Part shown: positions 61,314-64,000 of the stretch, one piece after another
How the letters are laid out: the number at the start of each line of letters is the position of its first letter
Position numbering within the stretch: the first letter of the stretch is position 1
Assembly: GCA_002104905.1 (NCBI GenBank)
Contig: MCFE01000062.1
Span: forward strand, 124,001 to 188,000
Reading direction: 5' to 3'
DNA length: 64,000 nt
DNA from: Basidiobolus meristosporus CBS 931.73
Lineage: Eukaryota; Fungi; Basidiobolomycota
The notes under the pieces: generated by a model
What the model saw: only the letters and a program-made list of their open reading frames with translations
Database searches by the model: none
What the model was told of the DNA's origin: nothing
Translations under genes and position numbers: made by a program

Positions 61314-63178
61314 GATGTACTTCTGTCAAATCTTTTCCAGCAAACACCCATCGGGTGGGCTTGGTGGGTTTTATATTGTGTGAAAAGATTGCGAAGAAAC
61401 CTGATTTGGTTGAAAACAAACCTTATCAAGATTAAGTCATGGCATCATAAGAATCTCTCAACTCTATAAATAGATTGCGAATGGCATATTATATTTCTCA
61501 GCCCACGCCTGTATAATTCGCAAATCACTAAGCCTGTTACTGCACGATCTCTAGATATATCGTTTACTCCAGATTCAATATCCGCTACGTAACCAACCGG
61601 CAAATATCCTGCCCACCAACTATTCATCAAAGAAGTCATACCTGTAGTCATGCAAACATACTTACTTGGAAGGAGGAATTTTCCTTCGACCTATTCTCAT
61701 GCCTTCAAACTCCTTTAAGCTATATTCGGTGAACTGGGTAATCTCGCCTCGCCGACCAATAACCGAGCAATCAGTATTTATTTATACATATAATGCTGGT
61801 TTTAGTAAGGGAAACGCAAGATCACTTATATGCATAATTAAGTCCTGCCAATATCTGATTACCCAAGACATATTCGAATAGTTATCAAGCCCAGATTCGG
61901 TATGGACAGACATCAATGGTGGGTATATGAAGTCATCGTATACGAGAGCTGTTCTCTCCTGCGGAAGTGGGAATCTGCGATATTATTGATCAGTATTGTG
62001 TACCCAAGCTCTTCATAATGGAAGTATAGGCGATGTTGTGCACTATCTGACGCCATCCTATATTGCACTCGTGCAAAACAATGGATGATTCTGAAGGGCG
62101 GTCTGTGATGGGCAGATTGTGGCGATGTCTGATGAAAGCACCTTCAGAATCCCATGAATCCTTTTTGGGGTGGAATCCGAAGATGGTCATTTTAAGGAAA
62201 TTTAAAGTTCCATTCTGATTGAATATCAACATATACGCCATGTTTTCCATGAGTGGAAGTTACTAGTCCAAGACCAATCCCTAATTTAAGCGCCAATAGG
62301 ATGCAAATTAGTCACCTTTCTTCCTCAAGTTTTCCCAATCATCCAGCCCATTTTTGATGCTTTCGGTATTTTCATGAGCCATTTTAAGAAAGTTTGGTCA
62401 CTTGAAATGGAAAAGAATGTGGGATTAGCCGAGGCATCCGTACACACGATCATTCGGCGTTATCTTCCACTCCAAAGCCAGGTATCAATTGGCTACATCC
62501 ATGTAATATTAAGCTTATATATATGACTACTCTTGGCTTATCATTGAGCATTGGATCATGCCAGGAATGTTCGCTTATATTGAATCCAACACGGGTTTTT
62601 TCTGTCATTGAGTTTTGGTTTGTCCAATTCCGACTTCCGGTCTTGGCGCTTGTGGGTGAGGTGTGCAGCTTGATATCTCCACTTATCAAATATTCACCCA
62701 CTGATGGCAAAGGCTAGTGAAAACATGTAATTTTATTAGTTGAGCGAGCATCATTGCTGATTTGATTGTTGCCGACACAAACACATTGCCTATTGCTCCT
62801 GCAGCTTACCATCCATAGTCTTCGTGACCCTCAGGAGGACAAGGTGATTAGATGATGTGTGACTTAGAGAGGCTTGGGGCCATTGATCTTCAGGGTTGGA
62901 TTCAAACAAAATGCCGAGCCAAGATCCCAGAATCCTATTGGTCGGGGTACCGAGCAAAATTTCCAAATCGCTGAGTGCATCGAGTTGGCTCGCAGTATGG
63001 CTCAGCCTCTAGAAGCTCAGAGATGGAAGATGACGAAATGCAGATGCTGCTAAGGCAACAGCGCTGGGACGAGAGATCCTGTTCTGACCTGACTGTCGTG
63101 AGGTTTGGTTGGCTCTGGATCGAGTAGGCCATTTCTGATTTTAAGGTGGGAAATTGGTTATTGACTGAGCATCACACG

Positions 63179-63750
63179 CTAAGTAATTTCGCTAAGCCAT
63201 TTGCGGTGGTCATATACAAAGTGTAGACATTTGACAGGAGCTGAAGGTTGGCGTGTTTCTTTGTTTCGTTGGCCCATCTCATGTAGGAAAGAGTGGAGTG
63301 TTTCATGTTCAGGGCGTTGTGAAGATATACTGGATGCCTCACATAGCGCCAGGACACGATATAAATCGGTAGTCACATCAGATACCAAGCAGTTCTTAAT
63401 ATGGTAGCCCGGAAACATTTCAGAAACTGCCAACAATAATAATCTATTGCTGATCTCAGCCTCATCAATGAGCTATACAGGCCTAGGACCATTATGATAA
63501 CTATGTATATTCTCATCGGAAACGAAGCCTGGATCAAAATGCGTTTCTAGTTTGTGATCTCTTACAACCTCGAGTTGAATCTTTTTTGTGTACAGAATGT
63601 GGTTGTTTTGCACCGTGCAATGATAATGATCCTTCTGATAGATATTGTGTCAAGGTTGCGGGTCACCGTTCAGAATAATGTTGATATTCCATGGGGCACG
63701 ATTCGGTTGCGCTTAACAATCTATCAGAATCCAAGATGCCATCTCCCAAC
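63179..63750 (-). pseudogene. Probable pseudogene: about 190-codon protein-like frame with three in-frame stops
   Basis: Stops TAA 63715-63713, TGA 63652-63650 and TAG 63475-63473 are in frame with ORF 63179-63436; family not recognised. Confidence 0.4.
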
Positions 63751-64000
63751 ACTGTCCAACATGTGAACTCGGTGTAAATAAATAGCTAGAAAGTACTTAC
63801 GCCTCAAGTTATCTACATATATAGGCAATGTAGATGTATCGAAGACAAAGGCCACATGAACTTGATTTGGATAGATGTAAGGCTAATCATATTTAATGAT
63901 GCATGTGTGGCCATCCAATAGTTGATACATTAAATTTGAAAGCAAGGGAAATTTTGGCTTTATGGCCTCGTATAGTGCGCGTTCATTCTGTATTGTAACG

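Noticed and set aside
62400-62470. Tc1/mariner helix-turn-helix from VGLAEASVHTIIRR
   Set aside because: No TIRs or DDE domain nearby, and the region is not CpG-stripped like the true TEs

Overview
Eukaryotic, fungal-type genomic DNA (short GT-AG introns with CTRAY-like branch sites; VPS60 and IDO genes). An early-diverging fungus is likely, but the lineage cannot be fixed from sequence alone. The window alternates between two compartments. (a) CpG-stripped blocks of decayed, nested transposons at about 1-18.5k, 25.5-35.8k, 46.0-50.3k and 56.0-58.5k hold two Ty3/Gypsy families, one Ty1/Copia family with about a dozen LTR copies, CACTA/EnSpm-type transposase remnants and a foldback MITE family. 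(b) CpG-normal islands hold the host genes: an intronless DAACS (GltP-like) symporter, VPS60/CHMP5, an orphan multi-exon gene, an F-box/LRR gene, an indoleamine 2,3-dioxygenase with a mitochondrial-type presequence, a small spliced orphan and a GPI-anchored mucin-like protein. Several islands contain only stop-interrupted or unassignable frames. No rRNA, complete tRNA or CRISPR array is supported. The most notable observations are the Asp-to-Ala change in the NxDGT motif of the DAACS transporter, sharply bounded CpG erosion of repeats, MITEs with AG..CT ends and AAT target duplications, half-tRNA-primed Copia elements that nest in other TEs, and an intact divergent ORF beside a dead CACTA transposase. 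All coordinates were read by eye, and no database searches were run.
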